From: Candidatus Parcubacteria bacterium
GTDB taxonomy: Bacteria > Patescibacteriota > Microgenomatia > Levybacterales > GWA1-39-11
Direction: 5' to 3'
NCBI GenBank assembly: GCA_003599595.1
Contig: QZIP01000011.1
Coordinates: forward strand, 2,638-66,637
DNA: 64,000 bases
Below the pieces are notes generated by a model that saw only the letters and a list, made by a program, of their open reading frames with translations, made no database searches and had not been told where the DNA came from. Made by a program: the position numbers and the translations under genes. Shown here in pieces: positions 35,618 to 45,228 of this stretch (its first letter is position 1; the number at the start of each line of letters is the position of its first letter).

Positions 35618-36487
35618 CTAAACCACAAGTAAAATTGTCCCCAGTATCATAATGCTTGCTCCAACTAATCTTTCTTTAATATTCGTTTCTTTAAAAATTA
35701 TTGCCCCCAAAAGAATTGTAAAAATTGGAGAAATTTTAAATACAGCCGTGGCATATCCTACATTTGTTAAAGAAAAAGCTGTAAAAGACAGCCATCTCCC
35801 CAAAACTGCAAAAAACGCAATAATTAAAAACCAGCCAAATTCATCTCTTACAACTCTATTTTCCCTCCTTAAGATTGGAAGCGCAAAAGGGATAATTAAA
35901 AGTGTAATAATTAAATCGCCAAAGAAAGCAACAAAAAGAGGCATAGAAGGATTGATAAGTGACATCGATTTTTTTTGAAAAATTGGCGTGATTGCCCATA
36001 TAAGATTTGCCAGTAAATATAGTTGAACTCCTCTATGTGAGAGGATATTTTTAAAAGGTGCAAAAATCCCCTTTTTAACCTCGCTTATATCCAAAAGATA
36101 TAATCCCAAAACTATTACCAATACTCCCAGTCCTCTTATGGGTGTAGGAATTTCTCCCAATGCAAAAGCGGCAATACCCATTGTAAATACAGGATTAAAG
36201 GCAGAAAATGGCGTAACTAAAGAAATAGGGGAGGTTTTAATTGACTTTAATACTGCTAAGAAAGCAGCAATATCAAGCACCGCAGAAATTGTCATAAACA
36301 AATAAAAAGTAGGTTCAATTTGAGGAACCCCTCCCAAAAACAAAACAATAACTGCAACTATTGGTACAACAAGAAGATTTACTAAAAGAAAAAAGGAGAG
36401 AGGACTAATGTTTTTTATTGCCTTTTTGGTAACAATTCCGGAAACTGATGTTCCAAGGGCAAAAAAGAGAGATAACCAAAACCACAT
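35618..36487 (-). CDS. EamA/DMT-family transporter
   Basis: 289 aa with 10 predicted TM helices and a duplicated 5-TM architecture typical of the DMT superfamily. Confidence 0.75.
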   Translation of the reverse strand: MWFWLSLFFALGTSVSGIVTKKAIKNISPLSFFLLVNLLVVPIVAVIVLFLGGVPQIEPTFYLFMTISAVLDIAAFLAVLKSIKTSPISLVTPFSAFNPVFTMGIAAFALGEIPTPIRGLGVLVIVLGLYLLDISEVKKGIFAPFKNILSHRGVQLYLLANLIWAITPIFQKKSMSLINPSMPLFVAFFGDLIITLLIIPFALPILRRENRVVRDEFGWFLIIAFFAVLGRWLSFTAFSLTNVGYATAVFKISPIFTILLGAIIFKETNIKERLVGASIMILGTILLVV

Positions 36488-36504
36488 AAAAATATTTTAA
36501 CATT

Positions 36505-36650
36505 TACACCTTGGAGGAATCCATTCCTTCGGCTTCGCTCAGGACAAGTCAGCCACAGAGGTGGGGAAACAACGACTTCGGCTCCTCAGATGTCTTCGGC
36601 CGTGAGATCCTCGACTCTGAGGTTCGGACTCGAAGAGCTCAGACCGAACT
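36505..36650. repeat. GC-rich repeat-related intergenic element, copy D (partial or degenerate)
   Basis: GAGGTGGGGAAACAACGACTTCGGCTCCTCAG shares CAACGACTT-GG-CTCCTC with copy A. Additional hairpins are present, for example CTCTGAGGTTCGGACTCGAAGAGCTCAG. Confidence 0.4.
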
Positions 36651-36690
36651 GGGTGAAGTTATATTAACAGCGTGATAAAATGTTTTAGTT

Positions 36691-37215
36691 ATGACTATTT
36701 TTATTTTTAACATTTTTTTGATTGTAGCCGCAATCTTTTTATTAATTCTTCTTTCTATGATTTGGCCCCCAGATAGTCCTTGGTCTCCCTGGTGGAGGAC
36801 AAATAAAAATATTGCCCGTGCCGCCTGCCGCCTCGCCAAAATAAAAGAAGGGGACACAGTTTATGAATTGGGGTGTGGTGATGCAAGTTTTCTTTTAACA
36901 GCCAACAAAGAATACAAAGCCAAAACAGTAGGGATAGAAATCGATCCGGTAAGATTTTTTATCGCCAAATTAAGGTTTGCTTTAAACAAATGTAATCAAT
37001 CAAAATTATTAAAAAAAGATTTCTTTGAGGTTAGTCTTTCTGATGCTGATGTAGTTTTTGTTTACCTTGTCCCAAAAGCCTTAGAAAAATTAATACCAAA
37101 ATTTAAAAAAGAATTAAAACCTAAAGCAAAAATCGTGAGCTTAAGATATAAAATAAATTTACCGCTTCTTGAAGAAGACAAAAAATCAAAACTATATCTT
37201 TACAAAATCTCTTAA
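36691..37215 (+). CDS. Class I SAM-dependent methyltransferase
   Basis: N-terminal TM segment and motif I VYELGCGDASFLL. Confidence 0.7.
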   Translation: MTIFIFNIFLIVAAIFLLILLSMIWPPDSPWSPWWRTNKNIARAACRLAKIKEGDTVYELGCGDASFLLTANKEYKAKTVGIEIDPVRFFIAKLRFALNKCNQSKLLKKDFFEVSLSDADVVFVYLVPKALEKLIPKFKKELKPKAKIVSLRYKINLPLLEEDKKSKLYLYKIS

Positions 37216-37311
37216 CTTTGTCTAGTTTGCCTGCGACGTTAGTTATTTCCAGATGAGCAAATATAATAGTTTACAATCAGAGAAAATTAAAATAAAATTA
37301 AGTAAATTTAT

Positions 37312-38136
37312 ATGGATACAGGATTTGATAATCCAAAACCAGAACCCACTCCAGAACCACTAAGCGGTCAGGAAACTGCAAAAGGAATATCAGAAATGTA
37401 TGAAATAATAGGACCAGTTAATGGATGTCAGTTGGTAGAGCCTACTGCAGTATTGGCTGTTGCTGGATTAAAAGGTTATACATTTTTAGTAGATGCTATC
37501 GTAAACCAAGAAGAAAAAGATAATGCAAGTAAATTAAATTCCCAATTAGAACAAAAAGGTCTTCATGTAGGTTATTCAGACAAATTAAATCAAATGACCA
37601 TAAGTAATTTAAGAGGCTTGGAATATAAAACTAAAAGAACAAAATTGCCAGGATTTTTTCCTTATTCAAGCAATTCAGGATTTTCAGGAAAAAATAGGTG
37701 GCATTGGGAAGTAGATAAGAGAATAGAACTTGTAAAACAACAAGGAGTTTTAAGTTCCGATGTTGAAACAAGAATTTATGAAGAAGCCGTTATGTTTGGC
37801 TATCCAGATCAGGCTGCAATAGATTTTGAAGAATGTTTGCGAACAGGAGATATTAATAAAGATTTAATTTCTTCCGATATTGAGCTGGCTCATCCCGACG
37901 CAAAAAAATATAAAGGTCCATCTTCTGATTTTGATTATTATCCTTCTTCTGCAAAGGATCCTGAAATCATTGAATATATTTCAAAAGCAAAGCAAATAAT
38001 TCAAGATTTTTACAATAGTGAATGGTTTGTTAAAATATCTCAAGACCCCAATTTTATAGCTGCAAGAGAGGCTCAAAACTTAAGACACAAAATGAGAATT
38101 GACCAATTACTCTCAAGACGAAAACAAAAAAGCTAA
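37312..38136 (+). CDS. Hypothetical protein (274 aa)
   Basis: ORF only. Confidence 0.45.
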   Translation: MDTGFDNPKPEPTPEPLSGQETAKGISEMYEIIGPVNGCQLVEPTAVLAVAGLKGYTFLVDAIVNQEEKDNASKLNSQLEQKGLHVGYSDKLNQMTISNLRGLEYKTKRTKLPGFFPYSSNSGFSGKNRWHWEVDKRIELVKQQGVLSSDVETRIYEEAVMFGYPDQAAIDFEECLRTGDINKDLISSDIELAHPDAKKYKGPSSDFDYYPSSAKDPEIIEYISKAKQIIQDFYNSEWFVKISQDPNFIAAREAQNLRHKMRIDQLLSRRKQKS

Positions 38137-38177
38137 AACTCATTGACTTTAATAAGATATTATATTATAAACAAACC

Positions 38178-38579
38178 ATGGAACAGCAAGTCCCTCCTCA
38201 GGAAGCATCAGAAGGACAAAGAACTGAAAACTTAACTCAAAGTTTACAAACTGTATTAAAAGACGCTGAAACAAAAGATCCAGAGATGGTCCATTTGGTT
38301 AATCAAGCTTTAGCAGGAATGATAGAATATATAGTAAATGCAGAACCAGGAACTCAAACAGAAGAAGTTAAAGGCACAATGGAAGGAATGGGTATGGTGT
38401 TTAATAGAAATGATTTAGATGTATCTCAGGGAACAGCAAAAGATGCAAGACGTATAGCAATGTTTTTGCAAAGAGTAAAAAATAAAGCTGGAACAATAAA
38501 CGATCAAGGAGAAGCAGAGGTAAAAGTTAGTTTAAGTCCAACTTCAAGATCTACAAAAGTAAATCTTCCAAAACAATAA
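38178..38579 (+). CDS. Hypothetical protein (133 aa)
   Basis: ORF only. Confidence 0.4.
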   Translation: MEQQVPPQEASEGQRTENLTQSLQTVLKDAETKDPEMVHLVNQALAGMIEYIVNAEPGTQTEEVKGTMEGMGMVFNRNDLDVSQGTAKDARRIAMFLQRVKNKAGTINDQGEAEVKVSLSPTSRSTKVNLPKQ

Positions 38580-38592
38580 CTTAAAAATAATT

Positions 38593-39369
38593 TTAAATAG
38601 ACTCTGTGTATTTATCCACTAATTGCAATAATATACTTCCTTTTTTGACTAACTCGTCACTTTCAAGATTATGAACTTCATATAAATTTACGAATTGAGG
38701 ATATAACTCAGGTAGTTTTAACATTTCAACAAATTGTTTTTTAATCCATTTGTCATATGCAATTGGATAAGTTTTTTTCGCAATAAACAAAGCTTGCATA
38801 AATTCTCTCGTAGCATCATAAAATCTTTTAAAAGCCTGAAAGTATAATTCTCTTTTTACATAAGGTTTAATATGCCAGACGTTATTGCTGCAATAGGTAA
38901 GTACCTCATTCAGCCGAGTTTTTCTTAGATTTTCATCATAATATGGCCAGTATCTTTCCTTTGCTTTTGTAAATGAATCTTCCCTTTCAAATATTAGACA
39001 TGAATAGATAAAAGTATTTCCAATTTCAAGTTCAAAACTATCAGGTCCACTTGTCCAGTCTCTATCAGGCACATCTATAACAAATTTTCTTGAATGAAGA
39101 TCAACACCAAAGTATATGCCGATATCATCTTTTGGTTTAGAATATATTTCTTCTTTTAACAATTTTTCTGCCCCTGATATTACTTGATCTTTATTTGCTC
39201 CTTCTTTAAAAAAGATGTCAAAGTCTAAATCAGAATCAAACGATCCTTCATTTCTTGCCGCAGAACCAGTTAAACTCAAAGCAAGTACACGTTCTTCTTT
39301 CTCAAAGTATTTCTTAACTAAATCAAAAGCTTTCTGATGTGTTGCAGTAGCCAGTTTTAAATTATTCAT
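38593..39369 (-). CDS. Nucleotidyltransferase-domain protein (pol-beta-like NTase, ANT/KNTase-like size)
   Basis: LTGSAARNEGSFDSDLDFDIFF matches the GS...D.D NTase motif. Confidence 0.6.
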   Translation of the reverse strand: MNNLKLATATHQKAFDLVKKYFEKEERVLALSLTGSAARNEGSFDSDLDFDIFFKEGANKDQVISGAEKLLKEEIYSKPKDDIGIYFGVDLHSRKFVIDVPDRDWTSGPDSFELEIGNTFIYSCLIFEREDSFTKAKERYWPYYDENLRKTRLNEVLTYCSNNVWHIKPYVKRELYFQAFKRFYDATREFMQALFIAKKTYPIAYDKWIKKQFVEMLKLPELYPQFVNLYEVHNLESDELVKKGSILLQLVDKYTESI

Positions 39370-39395
39370 AGGATTACTATATTCAAAAGAATAAG

Positions 39396-39926
39396 CTATT
39401 TTTTGTATATTCTATATTCAACTTCGTCTAAAATTTGACCTGCTTGGTTGGGTTTTTTGTATTCATCCTCAATAATTCCTCCTAAGGATTCGGGAATTTT
39501 TCTACTAGGAATATTTTTTCTATCAACAGGATATTTTAAATATTTATAATCAAGATTTTGTTCTGCCCATTCTTTTAGGGTGGCAATTGCTTCTTGTCCA
39601 AAACCCTGTCCGTGCGCACTCTTTTTAATCCAAATACCTAATTCAGGTGTTTTAGTATCTAAGCTATGGAGACCTGCACACCCTAAAAACTCGTTGTTGT
39701 CATTTTTTATTATCACAGTTTGCAAATCTTGTCCTTTTCTCACTTTTTCTGTAGCGCTACTGATCCACTTTTCTATATCTGAAATATCATTAGGAGACTT
39801 AGGATACATAAAAGTAGTTATTTCAGGAGTAAATTCCTGAAAAATTTGCTCTGCAAAATCAAATGAAATTGGTACTAATCTTATTCTTTTACCAACAAGT
39901 ACAACTTCTCTTAAATCTATTTTCAT
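39396..39926 (-). CDS. GNAT-family N-acetyltransferase (RimJ/RimL-like)
   Basis: GCAGLHSLDTKTPELGIWIKKSAHGQGFGQEAIATLKEWA matches the acetyl-CoA-binding motif of the RimL-like subfamily. Confidence 0.7.
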   Translation of the reverse strand: MKIDLREVVLVGKRIRLVPISFDFAEQIFQEFTPEITTFMYPKSPNDISDIEKWISSATEKVRKGQDLQTVIIKNDNNEFLGCAGLHSLDTKTPELGIWIKKSAHGQGFGQEAIATLKEWAEQNLDYKYLKYPVDRKNIPSRKIPESLGGIIEDEYKKPNQAGQILDEVEYRIYKK

Positions 39927-39957
39927 ACCTATGCTATCAACTTCCAGGTAGACATTT

Positions 39958-41061
39958 TTAACGGCCCCTTAGTTTATTCAGTTTCAAAAGAGCCCAGCGT
40001 GTTTTATCTGCTCCTTTATAAAAATTATAAAGAACCGGGTTGATTATTAAATCATAACTTCCAATAAATTCAGTTAATTCTCCTCCATATCCCTGTTTAA
40101 ATCTATGAAATCCATACCAGGGATCACGGGTGTCAGGCTCTGGTCCCATTGCTCCCCACATGTCAAATTTTTTAAGTCCTAAGCGTTTTCCAAGTTTTAT
40201 TGCCTCCCAAGCTATTAAATTTGAGGCCATAACCTCTTTAAATTTACTGCTTGATGCGCCATAAGGGTAGTAAAGCGTATCTTGAAAAGTAAAAAGCACC
40301 CAGGAAACAAGAGTATGTATACTACCATTGTCTGCTTTATGTTTTGCATTCAATAAATGATAGGCTAGCCTATTTTTGTCTATTTTTTCAATTTCTTCTT
40401 TTGCCCCTTTAGTCTTAGGAGATGAATTTGGGTTAGGGTTCAAACAAATCGTCTCCCAAAGCAGTTTATGATAGTCTGGGGTGTGGGCATAAAACCTTTG
40501 TCTTGTTGTTGTTTCTTGGGTCAAGTTCAAATAGTTATTAAAAGCCTCTTTTGAATTGTCTTTTTCTATAAATACACCTTTTTTCTGAGCAAGCCGTACA
40601 TTGTAGCGGGTTTTAGATTGCATTTGGGCTAAAAGTTCTTCCTCACTTCTTGTTAAATCCAGCACAAAAGTATATTTAGTAAACAACGGATGAAAAGCAA
40701 CTCTCAATCTTTCATCAACTTTGAACTTTGAACTTTGAACTTTGAACTTAATTATGTTCGGTTCCAACTGTATAAAAATACACTTTTCTTCCTTGCCAAT
40801 TCTTTGGATCTCATCAAGAATTTCTTTTTTGGGAAAATTTCCTTTTGGAAGATATCCCACAAAATAAGGTAAATAAGGGATTTTATGTATTGTTAAAGTA
40901 AAACCATCTATTATTTTGTTGTTTTCAACCAAGGCTCGTCTTATAACCTTAATCCCAGTTACTTTTCTAAATTCTCCCCACTCAAAACTCTGCAAAGGAT
41001 GTGTAGCAACTTTGTTGTAATCTTTTCTTTTTTTATTATCCACATCTATAAATTTTTTCAT
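39958..41061 (-). CDS. FemAB-family peptidoglycan bridge aminoacyltransferase, carrying an in-frame tandem-repeat insert
   Basis: HPLQSFEWGEFRK near the N-terminus resembles the FemX/MurM HFLQSWEWGE motif. CDS positions 40717-40750 contain a TTTGAACTT x5 array encoding FKVQSSKFKV. Confidence 0.6.
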   Translation of the reverse strand: MKKFIDVDNKKRKDYNKVATHPLQSFEWGEFRKVTGIKVIRRALVENNKIIDGFTLTIHKIPYLPYFVGYLPKGNFPKKEILDEIQRIGKEEKCIFIQLEPNIIKFKVQSSKFKVDERLRVAFHPLFTKYTFVLDLTRSEEELLAQMQSKTRYNVRLAQKKGVFIEKDNSKEAFNNYLNLTQETTTRQRFYAHTPDYHKLLWETICLNPNPNSSPKTKGAKEEIEKIDKNRLAYHLLNAKHKADNGSIHTLVSWVLFTFQDTLYYPYGASSSKFKEVMASNLIAWEAIKLGKRLGLKKFDMWGAMGPEPDTRDPWYGFHRFKQGYGGELTEFIGSYDLIINPVLYNFYKGADKTRWALLKLNKLRGR

Positions 41062-41063
41062 AA

Positions 41064-42947
41064 TTAAAAGTTTATATTGTCAAATTGATCAACAAGATTA
41101 TATTCCCGTACTTCTTCCGGTAGCTCAAATATAAATCTTGAAGGCATATTTGAATTCCTCTGCCCAAAAAACAATCTATTTTTGGCATACGTTAAAAATA
41201 GCTTTTCTTTTGCCCTGGTAATTCCAACATAACAAAGTCTTCTTTCTTCTTCAAGCTCACTTTTGTCAAAAAACGATTGACTATGCGGAAATAGTCCTTC
41301 TTCCATTCCTACCATAAATACCATTTTAAACTCAAGTCCTTTTGCCGCATGTAGAGTCATAAACGTCACTGCCTCAATCTCTTCACCGATCACTTTATTT
41401 TTTGAAGAATTTAGTTTACGGTCAGGTAAGTATTCTTGTTCTACCAATGCCACATTTTCTAAAAATTGGATTAGATTTGTAAATTCTATTGCAACAGACC
41501 TAAGTTCTTTTAAATTTTCCAACCTTGCTTTGTCTTCCGCAATGCTCTCATCATACAGTGAAAGATAAGAAGTTTTTTTCATCACCTCATCTAGAATTTC
41601 TATTGTTGCCTTGTTTGTAATATAGCCATTTTTATTAAATTCTTCAACATATTTTATAAATTCCATCATTCTTCTTTTCCCTAATTTTTCAATTCTTTTT
41701 AAGGCAACTGAATCTTTCTGGTTGGCAAGAAATGAGAGGTATGATAAGGCATCTTTAACCTCTTTTCTTTCATAAAACCTTGTTCCCCCAATCAAGATAT
41801 AGGGAAGGCTATTGTGTAAAAATACTTCTTCAAGAGCACGGGACTGAGCATTCATTCTGTATAAAACTGCCACATCTCTTAAAGAAAAATGTGGATTCCG
41901 GCTTTTTTGTTCAAGGATTTTACTGATAATTAACTCTCCCTCATCGTGTTCGTTTTGAACCTCAAAAATACTTATTTCTTCACCTTCCGGGTTTTCTGTC
42001 CAAAGAGAGAGAATAGGGTGTGATTCATTTTTTGAAATCACAGAATAAGCCGCGTCAAGTATTTTTTGGGTTGATCTATAATTTTGTGATAAAGAGAAAG
42101 TTTTGGCTTCAGGAAAATCCTTTTTAAATTTATCAAGATTTCTAAAGTCGGCACCTCTAAAGCTATAAATACTTTGAGAAAAATCTCCAACCACACAAAC
42201 ATTCCTATTTTTTGCAGATAAAAATTTTGTCAGTTGATATTGCGCCACGTTAGTATCTTGATACTCATCAACTAAAATATATAAAAACTTATCTTGATAT
42301 TTTTCAAGAACAAAAGGATCTGTCTTAAAGAGCCTTATTGTTTCAAGCAGTAAATCATCAAAATCCAAAGCATCATTTTCCTTGAGTTTTTCTTGATAAA
42401 CAAGATAAATCCTTGCCGCATTTTCCTGAAAGTAGCCGTGAGCAACAGATGCATAAAGCTGAGGCGTTATCATCTCATTTTTTGCTCCTGAAATTGCATT
42501 TAAAATAGAGCGTGCTTTTACCTCTTTGGCAGACATGTCCAAAAAATTTATTGACTGCTTAACCAAGTCCAGTTGATCTTGTTGGTCATATATTAAAAAG
42601 CTATTTGGAATTCCTATATTTTTCCCGTCTCTTCTTAAAATCCTGGCACAAAGACTATGAAATGTCCCTACAGTAGGCATCTGGTTTTTTGAAAGCAGGA
42701 TATTTTCATTTTTTAATAGCTTAATGATTCTCTCAAGCATTTCCCCCGCCGCTTTGTTGGTAAAAGTTGACATAAGAATATTGGAGGGATCCACTTTTTT
42801 TTCCAAAATAAGATAAAGAACCTTATAAACTAAAACTCTAGTTTTTCCTGACCCAGCTCCGGCCAGTACTATGCTTGGCCCATCGGCAGAGGCTACTGCT
42901 GCTCTTTGTTCGGCATTTAATTTGTTGAGAATATTTGAAGAAGGCAT
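41064..42947 (-). CDS. pcrA: UvrD/PcrA-family ATP-dependent DNA helicase
   Basis: LNAEQRAAVASADGPSIVLAGAGSGKTRVLVYKVLYLI with Walker A, DEYQDTN, and conserved C-terminal helicase motifs. Confidence 0.9.
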   Translation of the reverse strand: MPSSNILNKLNAEQRAAVASADGPSIVLAGAGSGKTRVLVYKVLYLILEKKVDPSNILMSTFTNKAAGEMLERIIKLLKNENILLSKNQMPTVGTFHSLCARILRRDGKNIGIPNSFLIYDQQDQLDLVKQSINFLDMSAKEVKARSILNAISGAKNEMITPQLYASVAHGYFQENAARIYLVYQEKLKENDALDFDDLLLETIRLFKTDPFVLEKYQDKFLYILVDEYQDTNVAQYQLTKFLSAKNRNVCVVGDFSQSIYSFRGADFRNLDKFKKDFPEAKTFSLSQNYRSTQKILDAAYSVISKNESHPILSLWTENPEGEEISIFEVQNEHDEGELIISKILEQKSRNPHFSLRDVAVLYRMNAQSRALEEVFLHNSLPYILIGGTRFYERKEVKDALSYLSFLANQKDSVALKRIEKLGKRRMMEFIKYVEEFNKNGYITNKATIEILDEVMKKTSYLSLYDESIAEDKARLENLKELRSVAIEFTNLIQFLENVALVEQEYLPDRKLNSSKNKVIGEEIEAVTFMTLHAAKGLEFKMVFMVGMEEGLFPHSQSFFDKSELEEERRLCYVGITRAKEKLFLTYAKNRLFFGQRNSNMPSRFIFELPEEVREYNLVDQFDNINF

Positions 42948-43000
42948 TATAATGTATTAATTATATCACTTTTATTAACTCTTTGGCCTCAAAATGAGTT

Positions 43001-43663
43001 ATGGACAATAAAAAACTATTTATAGCTAATTGGAAATCTAATAAAACTTCCCAGGAGGCAGTTGAGTGGTTAAAAATCTTCAAAGATAACTTAGTAAAAA
43101 TCAATCTTGAAGACAAAGAAATTATTGTTTGCCCTTCTTTTATCGCATTATCTTCCTGTTATTCATTTATAAAAGAAAATAATTTACCAATAAAATTGGG
43201 AGTACAAAACATTTCAAAGTTTGGAGACGGTCCGTATACGGGAGAAGTGAATGTAAGACAAGCAAAAGAATATGTTGAATACGTTTTGATTGGCCATTCT
43301 GAAAGGAGAAAATATTTTTTTGAAACAGATCAGGATATTGAAGAAAAGACAAGGCTTGCAAAAGAAATTGGTTTGAAAACAATTATTTGTGTCCAAAATG
43401 AAAATACAAATATCCCACAGTTATCAGAAATTGTTGCTTATGAACCGGAATCGGCAATTGGAACAGGAAATCCGGAGGATCCTCAAAACGTTGCAGACAT
43501 AGTTTCAAATATACATAGTAGAACAGGGAAAGACATTTTTCTTTATGGCGGTAGTGTAAATGAAGAAAATGCACAATCTTTTCTTGAAGCCCCAATGATT
43601 TCAGGTCTACTTGTAGGAACAGCAAGTCTTGACCCATATACATACATAAAACTTCTCTTATAA
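43001..43663 (+). CDS. tpiA: Triosephosphate isomerase
   Basis: NWKSN, IGHSERR, AYEPESAIGTG, YGGSV motifs. Confidence 0.85.
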   Translation: MDNKKLFIANWKSNKTSQEAVEWLKIFKDNLVKINLEDKEIIVCPSFIALSSCYSFIKENNLPIKLGVQNISKFGDGPYTGEVNVRQAKEYVEYVLIGHSERRKYFFETDQDIEEKTRLAKEIGLKTIICVQNENTNIPQLSEIVAYEPESAIGTGNPEDPQNVADIVSNIHSRTGKDIFLYGGSVNEENAQSFLEAPMISGLLVGTASLDPYTYIKLLL

Positions 43664-43664
43664 A

Positions 43665-44801
43665 ATGCTAAAAAGAAAAAAAACTCAACTTATTATTATT
43701 GTTTTAATATTGATATTATTTGCCGGAATTTTTATATATTTTCAAAAATTTCAGGGAGGAGTTTCATTTCTTTTTGGAATGACTGTCAATAAAAGTATTG
43801 AACTAAAAAAAGATAATAGTATTAATATCTTATTTTTAGGCATAGCGGGAGGAAAACACGATGGAGCAAATCTATCAGACACAATTATTTTTGCAAATCT
43901 AAATCCATCCAACAACAGTATAAACCTTGTATCTATTCCCCGTGATCTCTGGATTCCCTCACTCGCGGCAAAAATTAATACTCCCTATGCAATTGGGCAA
44001 ATGCAGGAAAAACAAGGAATTGACTCAGCCCGTAAAGGTTTAGAATTAATATTAGGAGAAAAAGTAGATTATGTATTGGTTGTTAATTTTAAGGGCTTTG
44101 AAGACTTTATAGATATGTTGGGAGGGGTAGACGTAGAGGTGCAAAAAACCCTAGATGATTACGAATATCCAATAGAGGGGAAAGAGAATGAGCTTTGCGG
44201 CCATAAAGAAGAGGATATTCCTTTTCTTGCGACTTCTTCAGCTGCTCTAGAGGCCTTTCCTTGCAGATATCAGCATCTTCACATAGAAAAAGGAGTTCAG
44301 CATATGGATGGAAAAACTGCTCTTGCATTTGCCCGTTCAAGACATGCACAAGGCGCAGAGGGAACAGATTTTGCAAGAAGCACAAGACAGCACCAGGTAA
44401 TAACAGCTACAAAAAGCAAGTTCCTTTCTCTTGGAACACTTTTTAATCCAATAAAGACTCTTGGTATCTACAATGTCCTTAAAAATAACATTGACACAGA
44501 TATTTCAGCAGACGAAATCGACGACTTTATAAAACTTGCTCAAAAAATGAGAAGTGCAAGAATAAATAATGATGTACTAGATATGGGCGATGCCAAGCAA
44601 AATAGATATGGGCTTTTAGCAAATCCTTTTCCATCAGAAGAGTATAAAAACCAATGGGTTCTTATTCCAAGAATTGGCAACGGGGATTTTTCAGAAATCC
44701 AAGAATACATAAAATGCGTAATAGAAGGGAAAATTTGCACAATTGCAAAAGACGATATTATAATCCTTGATCCTCAGGAATTAAAGAAAAAAGACAGCTA
44801 G
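43665..44801 (+). CDS. LCP-family (LytR-CpsA-Psr) protein
   Basis: N-terminal TM segment, then ILFLGIAGGKHDGANLSDTIIFANLNP...LVSIPRDLWIP. Confidence 0.85.
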   Translation: MLKRKKTQLIIIVLILILFAGIFIYFQKFQGGVSFLFGMTVNKSIELKKDNSINILFLGIAGGKHDGANLSDTIIFANLNPSNNSINLVSIPRDLWIPSLAAKINTPYAIGQMQEKQGIDSARKGLELILGEKVDYVLVVNFKGFEDFIDMLGGVDVEVQKTLDDYEYPIEGKENELCGHKEEDIPFLATSSAALEAFPCRYQHLHIEKGVQHMDGKTALAFARSRHAQGAEGTDFARSTRQHQVITATKSKFLSLGTLFNPIKTLGIYNVLKNNIDTDISADEIDDFIKLAQKMRSARINNDVLDMGDAKQNRYGLLANPFPSEEYKNQWVLIPRIGNGDFSEIQEYIKCVIEGKICTIAKDDIIILDPQELKKKDS

Positions 44802-44803
44802 CT

Positions 44804-45190
44804 TTATCTTAATAATTCTTTCATTTCTTCCTCAAATAGCTTACTGAAATCATTCTCGTACTCTTTAAGATGAGTTAATTTAATAGGATTTATTAAAGAA
44901 GAAAGCACAATATCTTTATCAAGATTTGGAGCTTCTGAAACCCAAGGAATTTTATCAATATATTTTTTTACCGGAATCATGTAATATATTTCCTTAAGCC
45001 CTGCCCAGCTGCAAGCACTAATGCACATAAGACAAGGTTCAGTAACTGTAACAATAGTGAGCCCAGTATTAAAAGCACTATTTTTTATATTGCAAGATTC
45101 TTGCATTGCCAGTCTTTCAGCATGGGCTGTTGCATCTTTATTGGTGTTTATACCCTCGCCGTTATGAAATAGCTAGTCCCCTTGGGGGAA
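44804..45190 (-). pseudogene. CDA-fold deaminase (cytidine/dCMP/TadA-like), 5'-truncated
   Basis: The 100-aa ORF has PCLMCISACSWAG (PCxxC). Upstream in frame is HNGEGINTNKDATAHAERLA (HAE motif). An in-frame TAG lies 8 codons before that with no start codon, so the expected N-terminal 40 or so residues are missing. Confidence 0.5.
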
Positions 45191-45228
45191 CACATTTTCA
45201 AGTGTGAAGGGTATACTCTAATATTCAC

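Noticed and set aside
40717-40750. Tandem TTTGAACTT repeats, and similar arrays at 46233-46269 and 46430-46483, considered as a CRISPR array
   Set aside because: The units are 7-11 bp with no unique spacers of 25-40 bp between them, and they sit inside ORFs in frame. They are microsatellite-like repeats, not CRISPR.
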